NCBI GenBank assembly: GCA_000004985.1
Contig: GG738908.1
Source of the DNA: Naegleria gruberi
Taxonomy: Eukaryota
DNA: 64,000 bases
Direction: 5' to 3' (one strand)
The notes beneath the pieces are model-generated. The model made no database searches. It was given only the letters and a program-made list of their open reading frames with translations, and was not told the DNA's origin. Of this stretch, positions 22,636-33,173 are shown in pieces. The position numbers and the translations under genes are program-made. Each line of letters starts with the position of its first letter. The first letter of the stretch is position 1.

Positions 22636-23213
22636 TCTTGATCAAATTGTTATTTAAATTATCAAAGCCTTCCGAACAAGAAAACAAGAAAACAACTTTG
22701 TTGGTAATCGGAATTTTTTTTAGAATAAAAAAGTTATTTTTAAAATCATTAATAAATTAATGAATCATCACGTTGATTATGAAAATTTATTACAAAGATG
22801 ATGTAAGCAAATTCAATATGACAGAACATCATTGTTCTCAAGTTTGTTCAATCATAAAAGCACTTAGTGTGGTTGCATCCTAATTTTCTATTTAAAAGGA
22901 GTTCTCAAGAGATATCATCCGACACACAACATTAGCCTTCATATTTACATTTGGATAACAAAGTTTTTAATAGAAAAACTAAAATTGAAATAGGCTTCCA
23001 TACAATAAGAACCGCCTCCATCATTCACTATCAATTTTAAGCCATCCTCTTAACTACTACAACAATTTAATATCATCTTTATTTTGGTTATCATCTTACC
23101 TTCATTCTGTTGCTGCATTTTCGAATTGAAAAAAAAATATTGAAAGCAATAACTTTGTTATCATCACTTATTTTCATCATACATTCTCCATAGTAATACA
23201 TTAACGGAATTTA

Positions 23214-24272
23214 TTGGACAGAATGACTTCGGATTCGTTTAAAATTCTACCAATGAACCTTGGTTTAATTTCTATTCAAAGAAAACAGTTTCATTTCTAT
23301 AGCAAGGCTTTGCTGAAAACGTTATTTGTCAAGTTGGACTCACCAAATAGATTTATTAGTTTTATTGAGACTAGAGATGAAATTTCAATTATTCTTGATG
23401 AGGAAAGTCTTGAAAATGTTAAGAGATATAAAGAAATGATACAATCCTACCAATTGAATATGGATGCAATTTTACTTGAACAAGGTTCCATATGGAGAGG
23501 TATTCTGATACATTCAGTATCATCTAGTGAAAGTGGAAGTTCTAAATCATTATTGGAAAAGTCATCGGCAAGGTCTATTTATCGTTATGCTAGTATTTTG
23601 TCATCCAATAATATTTCAATTTTCTATCATTCACTTTGGAATTTTGATTTATTATTGATTGAAGAAGAAAATTTTGATAAAGCTATGGAATTAATTCAAA
23701 ACAAAGTTGAAAGTGGTTCAGACGAAAAGGAAGAAGAAATTATTCCTCCAAGTTTATTCCAAAGAAAGAGAGAAGAAATTGAGGGAGAAGAAGAAAATTA
23801 TGAATCGGATGAATTGACTGCATTGGATGATAAACTCTTCATGTGTAGATTCTCAGGCACTCAATATCAATATCATATTAAGGATATGTTAAATATTCTG
23901 TGGTTTGAATATAAGCAAATTGGAGACTTTTTTGCTCTGGCATCATTTGAAGATGAAAATGTAATAGTGTTAAATGAACAAGTTTATGAAATGCTTGGTT
24001 TGGAGGATACAGAACAAGAATGCACGGCTATGATAGAAACTATTCCATTGAAATTCGTTCCAGTAATGATTCATACTACAGAGGGTCTTGGATTTGATGA
24101 AGCTCAAATTGGTGTTGTGTCAAAATTAACAGGAAGTTTACTGAGCCACCCTGAAAAAATAGCAGTCATTTACTTTTCAACTTTTGTGACTGATTACTTG
24201 CTTATTCAAGAAGAAAAAGTAGAAAGTGCCCTAGAACACATTAAGCAAAAATTAGAAATTACAGATAAATAG
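23214..24272 (+). CDS. CASTOR/GATS-family ACT-domain protein (homologue of the cytosolic arginine sensor for mTORC1)
   Basis: Colinear similarity to human CASTOR1: FISFIETRDEISIILDEESLENV vs FFSLTETPEDYTLMVDEEGFKEL; C-terminal LGFDEAQIGVVSKLTGSLLSHPEKIAVIYFSTFVTDYLLIQEEKVESALEHIKQK vs LGFDECGIVAQIAGPLAAADISAYYISTFNFDHALVPEDGIGSVIEVLQRR. Confidence 0.65.
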   Translation: MDRMTSDSFKILPMNLGLISIQRKQFHFYSKALLKTLFVKLDSPNRFISFIETRDEISIILDEESLENVKRYKEMIQSYQLNMDAILLEQGSIWRGILIHSVSSSESGSSKSLLEKSSARSIYRYASILSSNNISIFYHSLWNFDLLLIEEENFDKAMELIQNKVESGSDEKEEEIIPPSLFQRKREEIEGEEENYESDELTALDDKLFMCRFSGTQYQYHIKDMLNILWFEYKQIGDFFALASFEDENVIVLNEQVYEMLGLEDTEQECTAMIETIPLKFVPVMIHTTEGLGFDEAQIGVVSKLTGSLLSHPEKIAVIYFSTFVTDYLLIQEEKVESALEHIKQKLEITDK

Positions 24273-24300
24273 ATTACAATAGTTCTTGTGATTAAGATCT

Positions 24301-25521
24301 TTATTTGTTATCATTAAACATGTGCTTTCTTTCAGGGTCTATACCTTCATAAACCATACTCTTTTCGATGGTTTTAACAAATTGGATACCTTTTTGAATT
24401 TCCAAACTCTTTTGCAAAAATTGAATAAATCTTTCATCAGAAATGAAACAATCTGGTGTGATACGTTTCTTTTGATTTTTAACAAGGTCATAATGCTTAA
24501 AAATCCAATACAGAATTTCTAAAGCAAAATCCTTGTCAAATTCAACTTTAAACATGTTACAACCTTGAGTTACAGTCCAACTGCAATAATAACATTGCTT
24601 AGTATTGGTTGCTATCATTTGAAGATACATTTGAGGAATGTAATAAACTGGAACTTCTTCATGGGGTTTCTTCTTAATGTAGGAAAAGGTGAGTGGAATA
24701 TCTCTACCTGACTCACGGTCCTCCTTCTTGACATACTTTTCAACAAAGCATGTTGGACACTTAATTTCTACACATGAATGAATTTCATTAGTATCAATAG
24801 ATTGTAAAAGACCATCTGGGGATGCACCAAGAGCTGGCAACTTTTCAAAGCTCAGTTCATACTTTTCCAAATCTTCCTTTGTAAAAACTTGATTTAATCT
24901 ATCTTCAGTAATGATATAAAATCCAGTTTCACAAAACATGTCATAGTCAAAATGAGAATTCAAAATAGTTGAAACACAATTGAGTTCATGATTAGATCCC
25001 CAATCCATAAAAACTCTCTTAACAATTTCCTCCTTTGGATTTTCATTGGATGGTTGTTTAAGTTGATCAATTTCCTCATCTGTCATACCCAACTCTTTCA
25101 ATTCATCCCTTGTTAAAATTGATTCATAAATTGTACCAACAGTTTCCTTGTCTTGTTTTAAAAATGATTTTGATAAATCTAACATTTTCACAGCTGCAGG
25201 AGAAAAGAATCCGAGAGCTTTACTCAACCTAGAGGCAGTAATTCTATTTGATCTCAACTCGAGCCATTTATCACTTCTTTGTGGAAATAAATGACAATTA
25301 TTTTCATCAATAGGTTCATTAGGAGGATTCAATGGCACATATCTATTAACATAAATTTCCTTGATATCTTCATAGTAAAGTGCTTTCCATTTCACGTTTG
25401 GATTCTCTCCGTTAAATTTGTTATTGTTCTTTTCTTGATGGATTGATAATTTTTCAATACTTTCAACTAGACTTTGCTCATCGGAATGATCAATATGTTC
25501 TTCTTCGAATTGTTGAGACAT
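24301..25521 (-). CDS. YqaJ/lambda-exonuclease-like PD-(D/E)XK nuclease domain protein (viral recombinase-type exonuclease) with an N-terminal acidic extension
   Basis: Motifs RITASRLSKALG (YqaJ motif I), GASPDGLLQS and EIKCPTC (the SPDG ... E-x-K-C-P catalytic core shared by lambda Exo, YqaJ and herpes alkaline nuclease). Convergent with the CASTOR-like gene; only 28 nt separate the two stop codons. Confidence 0.65.
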   Translation of the reverse strand: MSQQFEEEHIDHSDEQSLVESIEKLSIHQEKNNNKFNGENPNVKWKALYYEDIKEIYVNRYVPLNPPNEPIDENNCHLFPQRSDKWLELRSNRITASRLSKALGFFSPAAVKMLDLSKSFLKQDKETVGTIYESILTRDELKELGMTDEEIDQLKQPSNENPKEEIVKRVFMDWGSNHELNCVSTILNSHFDYDMFCETGFYIITEDRLNQVFTKEDLEKYELSFEKLPALGASPDGLLQSIDTNEIHSCVEIKCPTCFVEKYVKKEDRESGRDIPLTFSYIKKKPHEEVPVYYIPQMYLQMIATNTKQCYYCSWTVTQGCNMFKVEFDKDFALEILYWIFKHYDLVKNQKKRITPDCFISDERFIQFLQKSLEIQKGIQFVKTIEKSMVYEGIDPERKHMFNDNK

Positions 25522-25641
25522 TTTTTTGTGGTGATTTTACAAAAATTCTTGTTGTTCAATAAACAACTAGAATTATTGATGTAACAATACAAAATTTTGT
25601 GACATGATATAAAATTATAATGAATAAATCTGTTAATTTAC

Positions 25642-27166
25642 TTAGTAAGTGAAGGAGAGCAAACCTGTTGTTAAACCTGCTCCTGTACCAATCAAAAGCA
25701 CTCTGTCACCTCTCTTAATTCTGCCATCTTGAACTGCTTCATAGAGAGCCATAGGTATGGATGCAGAAATAGTATTACCAAACTTTTCCAAAGTCTTTAC
25801 AATTCTATCTTTTGGCCATCCAAAGATTTCAGACTGTGTGAGTGAATTATTGTTAAATATGTGAGAAACCGTCCACATAAAGTATTAACTTACCATTGCG
25901 TGGAATGCAGCATGAGAGGCTTGATGAGGCACAGCCCAATCAAATCCTTCGAATTTTCCTGTTGATAATCCTTCTTGGTAATCTTCCATAACTCTAATCA
26001 TTTTAGAAATTGTAAACTCCAAAATCTTTTTTCCGTTCATATCGAAATACATATAATTTGAAGGTGTGTAAATGTGATTAGGGTGGAATTCACTACCACC
26101 AGATCTAATTGATGTATAATCTGTTCCGTCACTAAATGTTCCAAACATGTATTTAGTAAGACGACTCTTATCTTCTGGTTTACTCTTTGTCAAAACTACT
26201 GCAGCAGCTCCGTCACCGATTAAACCTCCAGCATCTGAAATGTTCGATTAAAATGTGAAAAAATTGAAATACTTACGTGGATTTTGTTCAAAATTCAAAC
26301 CAACAGTACTGATTTCGGTTGAGACAATCAAAATTTTTTCATACATTCCACTTTCAATCAAACCAGCACACATGTGGAAGGCAACCATGAATGATAAGCA
26401 TGTAGAATGTACAGAAAGTGATGGTTTTCCTGAATCACCCAATCCCAATTCCTTATGAATGAAACATGAGGTATCTAGAATGAAATTGTGTGAAAAAGTG
26501 TTATCTTTTCTAAAACTTACCTGGAATAGTTCTTTGAGGAGTACCTGATGCATTAACAATTAAATCCAAATCTTCAACCTTCAAATTAGCATTTTTCAAA
26601 GCTTCCAAAGCAGCTTGAGCTCCCATCCATGAAATTGTAATTTCCTTGTCTTTCAATTCTTTGATTTCCTTTTCAGTTAGTACTTTCTTTGTATCAATAA
26701 ATTGATCTACATTCTTTGCAAACTTCTCCTTTCTAACTGTAAGAACGTGTTCTACAGAATTAGCCCATCTTCTCTCTTTGATTCCAGTTGTTTTTTCAGT
26801 AAATCCCTTTGGTTTACCACACAAAACATCAATTGTGGTAGATGAAACAATATTTGGAGGAAGATAACGACCCACTCCAGCAATTTTAACTTTTAAATCC
26901 AACTCTTTAGGATACAATTTGATATGGGTATCTTCTTCTTCTTCTTCCTCTTCTTCTTGTTTTCCACTACATGTATTGAAGGCTACATGTTGATCCGAAC
27001 ATCCAAAACTATTACCACAATCCAATTTTTGAGTTGGGAATAATTGTTGTAATAACATTTTGGTTCTTCTCTCCTTTGTAGTGTTATTATTGCAACATGA
27101 TGAAGAAAATAGTTCATCACCAGAACCTCCTGCAGTGCTATTCTTATTGTGGTGGTTACAGTTCAT
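25642..27166 (-). CDS. 3-oxoacyl-ACP synthase III (FabH/KAS III)-like condensing enzyme with an ~85-aa eukaryote-specific N-terminal extension. Exons 27166..26521, 26474..26277, 26234..25894 and 25833..25642; introns of 46, 42 and 60 nt.
   Basis: FabH N-terminus KVKIAGVGRYLPPNIVSS. Catalytic Cys in GDSGKPSLSVHSTCLSFMVAF, His in FDWAVPHQASHAAFHAM, Asn in FGNTISASIPMAL. C-terminal GDRVLLIGTGAGLTTG. All introns are GTAAGT...AG and the phases are consistent. Confidence 0.75.
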
Positions 27167-27646
27167 TATCCGGCTATTGTTTTGTGATTTTGATTGTTGT
27201 GAGCAAACGTTTGGGTGATTTTTTTGCTAAACTTATTGTTAACACGGAGTGATAGCAACAAATTTCCTGTTGTTGTTACTTGTTCGTTGTGTCTTCTACT
27301 TGGAATTGTCCCGTGTGTGATGACTTCTCATTGTGATATTGTTCTTTTAAAAGGTTCAAATACAAGAAATTTACTAGTAGTGGCAAGTTGAGGAAATTGG
27401 AAGGACGGAAATAAGGAGTTGATCGGAATAAATTTCATGAATGGATTGCTATTGAATGGTTCTTTATTACGGTATGTAACATTCTGTGATAAATCAATAA
27501 AAGACACTCGTCTTTCTAGTTTTACTGCAATATTTCACTACCTCAATATAATATTTCCTTTAAAGTTTTCCCTCCAAAGTTTTGTAATCGAAGGAAAAAT
27601 TTCCTCAATCAACTGGATATTTTGATTTTGTGTGTAACGGTAACAA

Positions 27647-27656
27647 AATTCCCGCC
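27647..27656 (+). promoter_or_regulatory. E2F-like motif (aATTCCCGCC) about 60 bp upstream of the SNF2/PICH-like ATPase start codon
   Basis: Isolated GC-rich TTCCCGCC element in otherwise AT-rich 5' flank. The same motif class occurs upstream of centrin and beta-tubulin in this window. Confidence 0.3.
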
Positions 27657-27711
27657 ATTCAATCCTCTTTTTGTTTTTAATTAACAGCATTTAATAAAGT
27701 CTTAAGAAAAA

Positions 27712-30700
27712 ATGGAAACTCTAGATATTGAAAATGATATCATTCCAACTATCAAATCGAGAACAAAGAAAAGAGCTTCTAAATCTTCAATTCCTCTCCA
27801 AGACATTACTCAAAAAGTGTTGAACAAGGGAAATGTGATTGCTAAGCAATGCGATGAAGATTATTCGAAAGGTAAAAAGGCGTTAAAAAGGGAATCAGAT
27901 GATGAAGAAATTGCTTCTCCAATCCCAATCAAATCTAGAATGCCAACGAGAAAGCCTTTGAACAAGAATACTGTTGAGGCAAAGCAACCTAAGAGAAAGA
28001 TCTCCCTTCCTTTAATTTCTTCCTCGGATGAAGAAGATGATTTTGAAGAATTCAAACAAACTAAGAGAGTAATAAGGAGAACAACAAGACCTCCAAAGAA
28101 GGTGAAGTTTGAAGAAAGTAGTGGTTCAGAGTTTGAGGAAAGCAGCCCTCAAGTAGTGTTCGATATTAGCAGTGATGAAGATAGTGTTGAGATTTTCAAA
28201 TCTGAGAAGAAGGAAATTATAAAGAAGGAAGTGGTTTTATCTGAGAGTGAAGAAAGCAGTGCTGATGAAGAAGCAGAAGAACAAGATGAGGAACTAATGT
28301 TAGATGAAGAGGAGGACTTTACTTCATCCTCCTCTGAAGAAGATTCGGAAGATGATGATTATCAACCAAAGAAAAGCAAGCCTCAAAGGAAAGCTGCTTC
28401 CAAACCTGTTGCTCCCAAGCCAAGAAAGAATGAAAGGGTTCTCTCTGATGATGAAATGGGCTCTGAAGAGGAAACCAAAGAAAAGCCAAAGGTTACTCTC
28501 ACTATTAAGAAAAAGAAAACTCCTGGCGAATTGAGACAATCTGAGAATGGTTGGTGCTTTGATGTGAAGAATGATCATTACGTTCTCAAGATTGGTGATG
28601 ATACTTACGGTTTTGCTCTATCTGCTGATATATTCGAAAAGCTCTACTCTCACCAACAGATCGGAGTTAAATGGTTAGTTGAGAGACATTTTGCTTCATC
28701 TTTAAAAGGTGGTTTATTAGCAGATGATATGGGACTTGGTAAGACAATTCAAATTTCCTCATTCATTCATGGTTTGTTTCTAACTCAGAAAGCTTCAAGA
28801 GTATTGGTAATTTGTCCAAACTCAGTGGTAGGAAATTGGCAGGTAAGTTACTGTTTTTTTTAATGAAATGTAATTCCATAACAGAAAGAGTTAGAAAAGT
28901 GGGGAGGCGATCAGATTAAGGGTGTTGTTATTTTCCACCAAGTTGGCAAAGCATCTTCAACAAACAGAAAGAGACAAGGTTTTGTAAAGGAGTTTGAGAA
29001 GTATGCAAAACAGGGCGGTGCTGTCATGTTGTCCACCTATCAAACCATAGCAAACCATGTTGAATATCTATCAAAATCCTTTTCAGGTGACAAACTTTTG
29101 GATTCGATCATCATAGATGAAGCCCACAAAATTAAGAATAAGGATGCCAAATGCTCAATGGCTTTGAAAACTCTTGGATCTGCCTCAAAGTTTGGTCTTA
29201 CTGGCACTCCCATAATGAACAAGTTGGTAAGTCATTTTTCAAGTACAGTTACTAATCTGTTTTCCCATCCAATGTACAATAGACTGAATTGTATTCTATT
29301 TACTCTTGGTGTTTTGGAGAAGATTTGCTTGGATCGGTATCAGAGTTCAGTTCCAATTATTCCACACCAATTAATCAGAGCACAAGAAGGGATGCAAACT
29401 ATACTCAAAAAATGGCTGGAAACAGAGCAGCAGATGATTTGAGAGAATTGGTTAAGCCATACCTTTTGATGAGAGGGAAAAACGCAGTCCTTACCATAGA
29501 TAAGAATTTATACAAGTCATCAAGCAACACAAGTGCTAAAATAGGTCAAAAGAATGATCTGATTGTTTGGTGCAAGCTCACTGATGAACAACAACATTGG
29601 TATAAGGAATATCTATCATCTGATGACGTCAAACAAGTGCTTAATAAGACTATGAGTGCCCTTGTTGGTATAGTTATTTTGAAGCAAGTTTGTAATCATG
29701 CCATTATGTGTAGTGGTTATGACGAAATAATGAAGAAAAAGAAAAAAGAACTTGAAGAGGAGGCAAAAGAAGACTTTGGAGCAGACAGCAGCGATGAAGA
29801 TTTCATTGAGGAGAGTGAAGTAGCTCCTTCCATGTCCTTTGATATGGATGATTTAGATGATAAACAGAGAAAAGCAATGGAAAGAAGGCTTAAAAAGATT
29901 CAAGACGATTTGATTAAGGAAAGAATCAGAAATGAACCAATCGAACAATTGATATCTTCTTCCGTTAAAGCACAATTGGTAAAGCACCTTGTTGAGAAAT
30001 GCAACGAAGAAGGACATAGGGTATTGATATTTTCTCAATACACAAGAATGTTGGACATTATTGGACATGTTTTAAAAAGTATGAAGGTAAAATTCAATAG
30101 AATTGATGGAAGTGTTACAAGACACCAAGACAGAACCCAATTGGTGGACGAGTTCAATGAAAATGAGAAGATTAAGTGCTTTATTCTAAGCTCTCAGGTA
30201 TGTTTGGTTTAAATTTATGGAGCTAACAATAATTCGTACAGGCGGGAGGTGTTGGACTTAACCTTGTTTCAGCTTCAAGAGTTATTATTGTTGATGCAAA
30301 CTTTAATCCATCCATAGATGAACAATCAGTTGACCGATGTTACAGAATTGGTCAAAAAGAGAATGTGATTGTTTATAGATTGATTTCAGCAGGTACAATT
30401 GAGGAATATATTTACAAAAGGTAAGTTAAAATCAAATTACTAATTCTTACCACTACGACAGACAAGTAAGCAAGACAACCGTATCTAGAACAGCAACTAT
30501 TGCGTCAAATCAATACAGATATTTGTCTCATGCAGATCTAGAAGAAATGTTCACCCTTAAAAAAACAAGTCATAGTGAAACATGCTCCAGAATGAATAGA
30601 ATTCACTCCAAAGATAGAAGAGATTGTGATGGGCTTGAGGAGCATATTGAAAGTTTGAAGCAAATGGAAAACGTTGTTGGCATATCAGATCATGATGTAT

Positions 30701-30891
30701 TATTCTGTAACCAAGCAGACGATATTGATAGTGATGATGCAGAAATTGAGGAAAGTAATAGATTGACCAGAATCGAATTGGCAAAGAAGATGAGAGAAGC
30801 TTTCCAAAAGATAGCAGGCTCATCATCTAATAGTTCAGAAATCAAACCAGATGGTGAGAAACAAGAAATTGATGCTGAAATAAGTGAATAA
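27712..30891 (+). CDS. SNF2-family DNA-dependent ATPase of the ERCC6/ERCC6L (CSB/PICH)-like subfamily. Exons 27712..28842, 28885..29226, 29283..30197, 30242..30420 and 30462..30891.
   Basis: Motif I LYSHQQIGVKWL...GGLLADDMGLGKTIQ (PICH: GGILADDMGLGKT), motif II DSIIIDEAHKIKN, LTGTPIMNKLTELYSIYSW, and C-terminal helicase motifs AGGVGLNLVSASRVIIVDANFNPSIDEQSVDRCYRIGQKENVIVYRLISAGTIEEYIYKR. Four GTAAGT/GTATGT..AG introns of 41-56 nt with consistent phases. Acidic, Ser/Glu-rich N-terminus. Confidence 0.8.
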
Positions 30892-31010
30892 ACCTACAAT
30901 CGTTGTGAGTTGTTTATATTTTAGGTTTCTAGCCAATGTTCACAGGCTTGGAACTTGGTTCAGTTTCTTACAAAGTTAGCCTTGGTTCGAAGTTACGATT
31001 CAAATAAAAA

Positions 31011-31526
31011 ATGTCTCTAGACTCAGATAGTGATGATGACCGCCTTTTTGAAAAGGAATCCAAGTTATACAACTCTTCAACACTTTTAGATGAAATTAAA
31101 CAAAAGCATGGAGATGACATTCATAAAAAAGTGGAAACAATGATTGCTACTGCTACAAGCTCAACTGTAAAAGTATCAAGCCATTCCGATAGATTTTCAT
31201 CTTCATCTAATATTAAAGGAGAAGAAATTGAATATTCTCGTTATGATTGTGGGAAATATGATAGTGGAGCTGATTGCATGTACATTAATATTCGTCACAA
31301 ACTGAGTAATGGTTGGTCCTCACTATTTTCGTTTGAGGATGACTATGTTAAAAGAGAAAAAAGAGTTAAAATTGGACAGAATGTCAGAATATTGAGGGAG
31401 AAAATGAGATTTCATTCATTGGATGATAAAACATTTATGTCATGCCTGATAGTTGCAATGAATCTTGGACCAGGTGATAAAGAGAGACTTTTAAAATCTG
31501 TAAAGGAGGTAAATCATGATGAATAA
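31011..31526 (+). CDS. hypothetical acidic protein (171 aa); function unknown
   Basis: Complete ORF MSLDSDSDDDRLFEKESKLYNSS...MNLGPGDKERLLKSVKEVNHDE. Its last 70 nt plus about 40 nt of 3' flank are duplicated at 33174..33281. Confidence 0.45.
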   Translation: MSLDSDSDDDRLFEKESKLYNSSTLLDEIKQKHGDDIHKKVETMIATATSSTVKVSSHSDRFSSSSNIKGEEIEYSRYDCGKYDSGADCMYINIRHKLSNGWSSLFSFEDDYVKREKRVKIGQNVRILREKMRFHSLDDKTFMSCLIVAMNLGPGDKERLLKSVKEVNHDE

Positions 31527-31565
31527 TTTCATTATAAAATTTCCAAACACAAATTTATTGAGATA
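31458..31565 (+). repeat. direct repeat copy A (~108 bp, about 90% identical to 33174..33281), covering the 3' end of the CDS 31011..31526 and its 3' flank
   Basis: atgaatcttggaccaggtgataaagagagacttttaaaatctgtaaaggaggtaaatcatgatgaata...aaatttccaaacacaaatttattgagata aligns to 33174..33281 with a few substitutions and small indels. Confidence 0.8.
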
Positions 31566-31782
31566 TCAGAAAACAAACAATTAAAATAAACTAATAGATA
31601 AAGTGCTCATACTACAACCTCTACGTATTCAAGGCAGTTTTTAGGAGACGAGCACATCAATGTAAAAGAGTTAATTTTACTTCTTCTAGATCATTTCCAC
31701 AGCCTGACCTTTGTTTCCCACATTAAAATATTTTCAAAAAATAGTGTTAATTATTATTGATAGTTTATTATTTCGTACCCTA

Positions 31783-33028
31783 CTATGCTCTCCTATATTT
31801 AATGATATATTCAGGATAACATTGACATTTGTCATAAACAATAAATTCTCTATAAGAATGAATAGAAGTATTAGAATGTCCAATAACACTGTCATAAACT
31901 CTCTTATTTGTAAAACTAATTTCTGGGGGTCTTCTTATTAGTCATTCCGTTTGGAGTAAAATAAGTTTGTTTTCCCAACACAACTCTACATAACAAGATT
32001 GTGAATTCATTATTTGAGTCTGGTGTACAATATTGATCTGATTTTGAACAATATTCGGCAAAATAAATACCAGCTCCAAATAATCCACTCAAACTTGCAA
32101 CTCTTTCATCAGATCCATGCTCAGTAATTGCTTGAACGTATTCAGGTTTAGTTCCATGCCATAAATATTTTTCATTCATATCAGAATTCAATCCACTATT
32201 TTTCATCCATTCGAATGCTGTTGATGATTTTGGAATTTCTTCAGTTTTAACTTGAATATAGTTTGGAGGATCTTGATATGATTGTAAATGATTAACTCTT
32301 GCTGCAAAAGATGAAAATAAAGAATAATTTTCCACTCTATGAACACTTGAAACTATTAATTTAGAATAAAATGCTTTTTGAATCTGATCTCTACCTGATC
32401 CGAGTGTACGGGTGTTACATGTGGAATTCATAATTTCTTGTACAATATCTTTCAAATATTGTGAAACATCAATTACATAATATCTTGAAGTGAATGATAA
32501 GAAAGTATTATTCTTCCAATAACTTGGAAGTGAAACAATTAATTGTTGTGATTGGGTTGATGGTTGAAACACCTTCTCAATCAACCATTGAACACTTGAA
32601 TAATGTCCATTGACTTGAACAATGGATGAATAATTTGATTTCTCATCACTTTTAACACCCAAATATAATTGACTGTTGAGATTGATCAGAGAAACTGAAT
32701 TATGATCACATTTCTTGACAATCCATTGGTAATTTTTCCAAGCAGGATTATCCCATTGAATGATAGAAACTCCCTCATTCATATATCCATTGTCAGCACA
32801 AACATATTTACCGCTGGCTTCACATTTGATGAGAACAATTAGATCATTCTGGTTGTTTCCTGTATCACTACTTTTTATCAAGACAAATTGACTACGACTG
32901 ACACTTGGATTCTCCCATAATTGAAAATAGGCTCCATTATTTGAAAAATCACTAGAAATATTCAAATATTTCCCACTGTTAACATTTTTAATAGTAACAG
33001 GTGTGTTTAATAGTGCTTGAACATGCAT
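31783..33028 (-). CDS. ricin-B lectin (beta-trefoil) plus PARP-type ADP-ribosyltransferase catalytic domain protein. Intact ORF 31916..33028. The catalytic C-terminus, including the Glu motif, continues in the +2 frame down to a stop at 31783..31785 after a 1-nt frameshift at a G5/C5 homopolymer (31925..31929).
   Basis: N-terminal QxW repeats (FQLWENP, IIQWDNP, YQWIV, VQWLIEK). PARP signature YLWHGTKPEYVQAITEHG...GLFGAGIYFAEYCSKSDQYC...ILLCRVVLGK. The downstream frame encodes FTNKRVYDSVIGHSNTSIHSYREFIVYDKCQCYPEYIIKYRRA*, matching the tankyrase C-terminus HSVTG...[21 protein letters not shown]. Removing one C from the CCCCC run fuses the two frames. Confidence 0.7.
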
Positions 33029-33173
33029 GTTGAAGAGATCACTGTGAAATATTGGTGGAAGATTTTTTTAAGTTGACTCTTTTTGCTTTGGTGAATGCTT
33101 AGCAAAGAATGCAGATGTTTGGATGTGTAAATGACAACTCGTCATTGCATTCGCACAGCGTTGCCTAATACTG

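Noticed and set aside
31711-31941. 76-aa plus-strand ORF
   Set aside because: It lies antisense to the frameshifted C-terminal (catalytic Glu) segment of the minus-strand PARP-like gene. Its composition is AT-rich junk-like (MFPTLKYFQKIVLIIIDSLL...).
31916-31950. Possibility that the PARP gene's frame change is a tiny GT..AG intron (GTTTTACAAATAAG, 14 nt)
   Set aside because: All verified introns in this window are 41-90 nt with GTAAGT/GTATGT donors. A 14-nt intron is implausible. A homopolymer indel explains the frames exactly.
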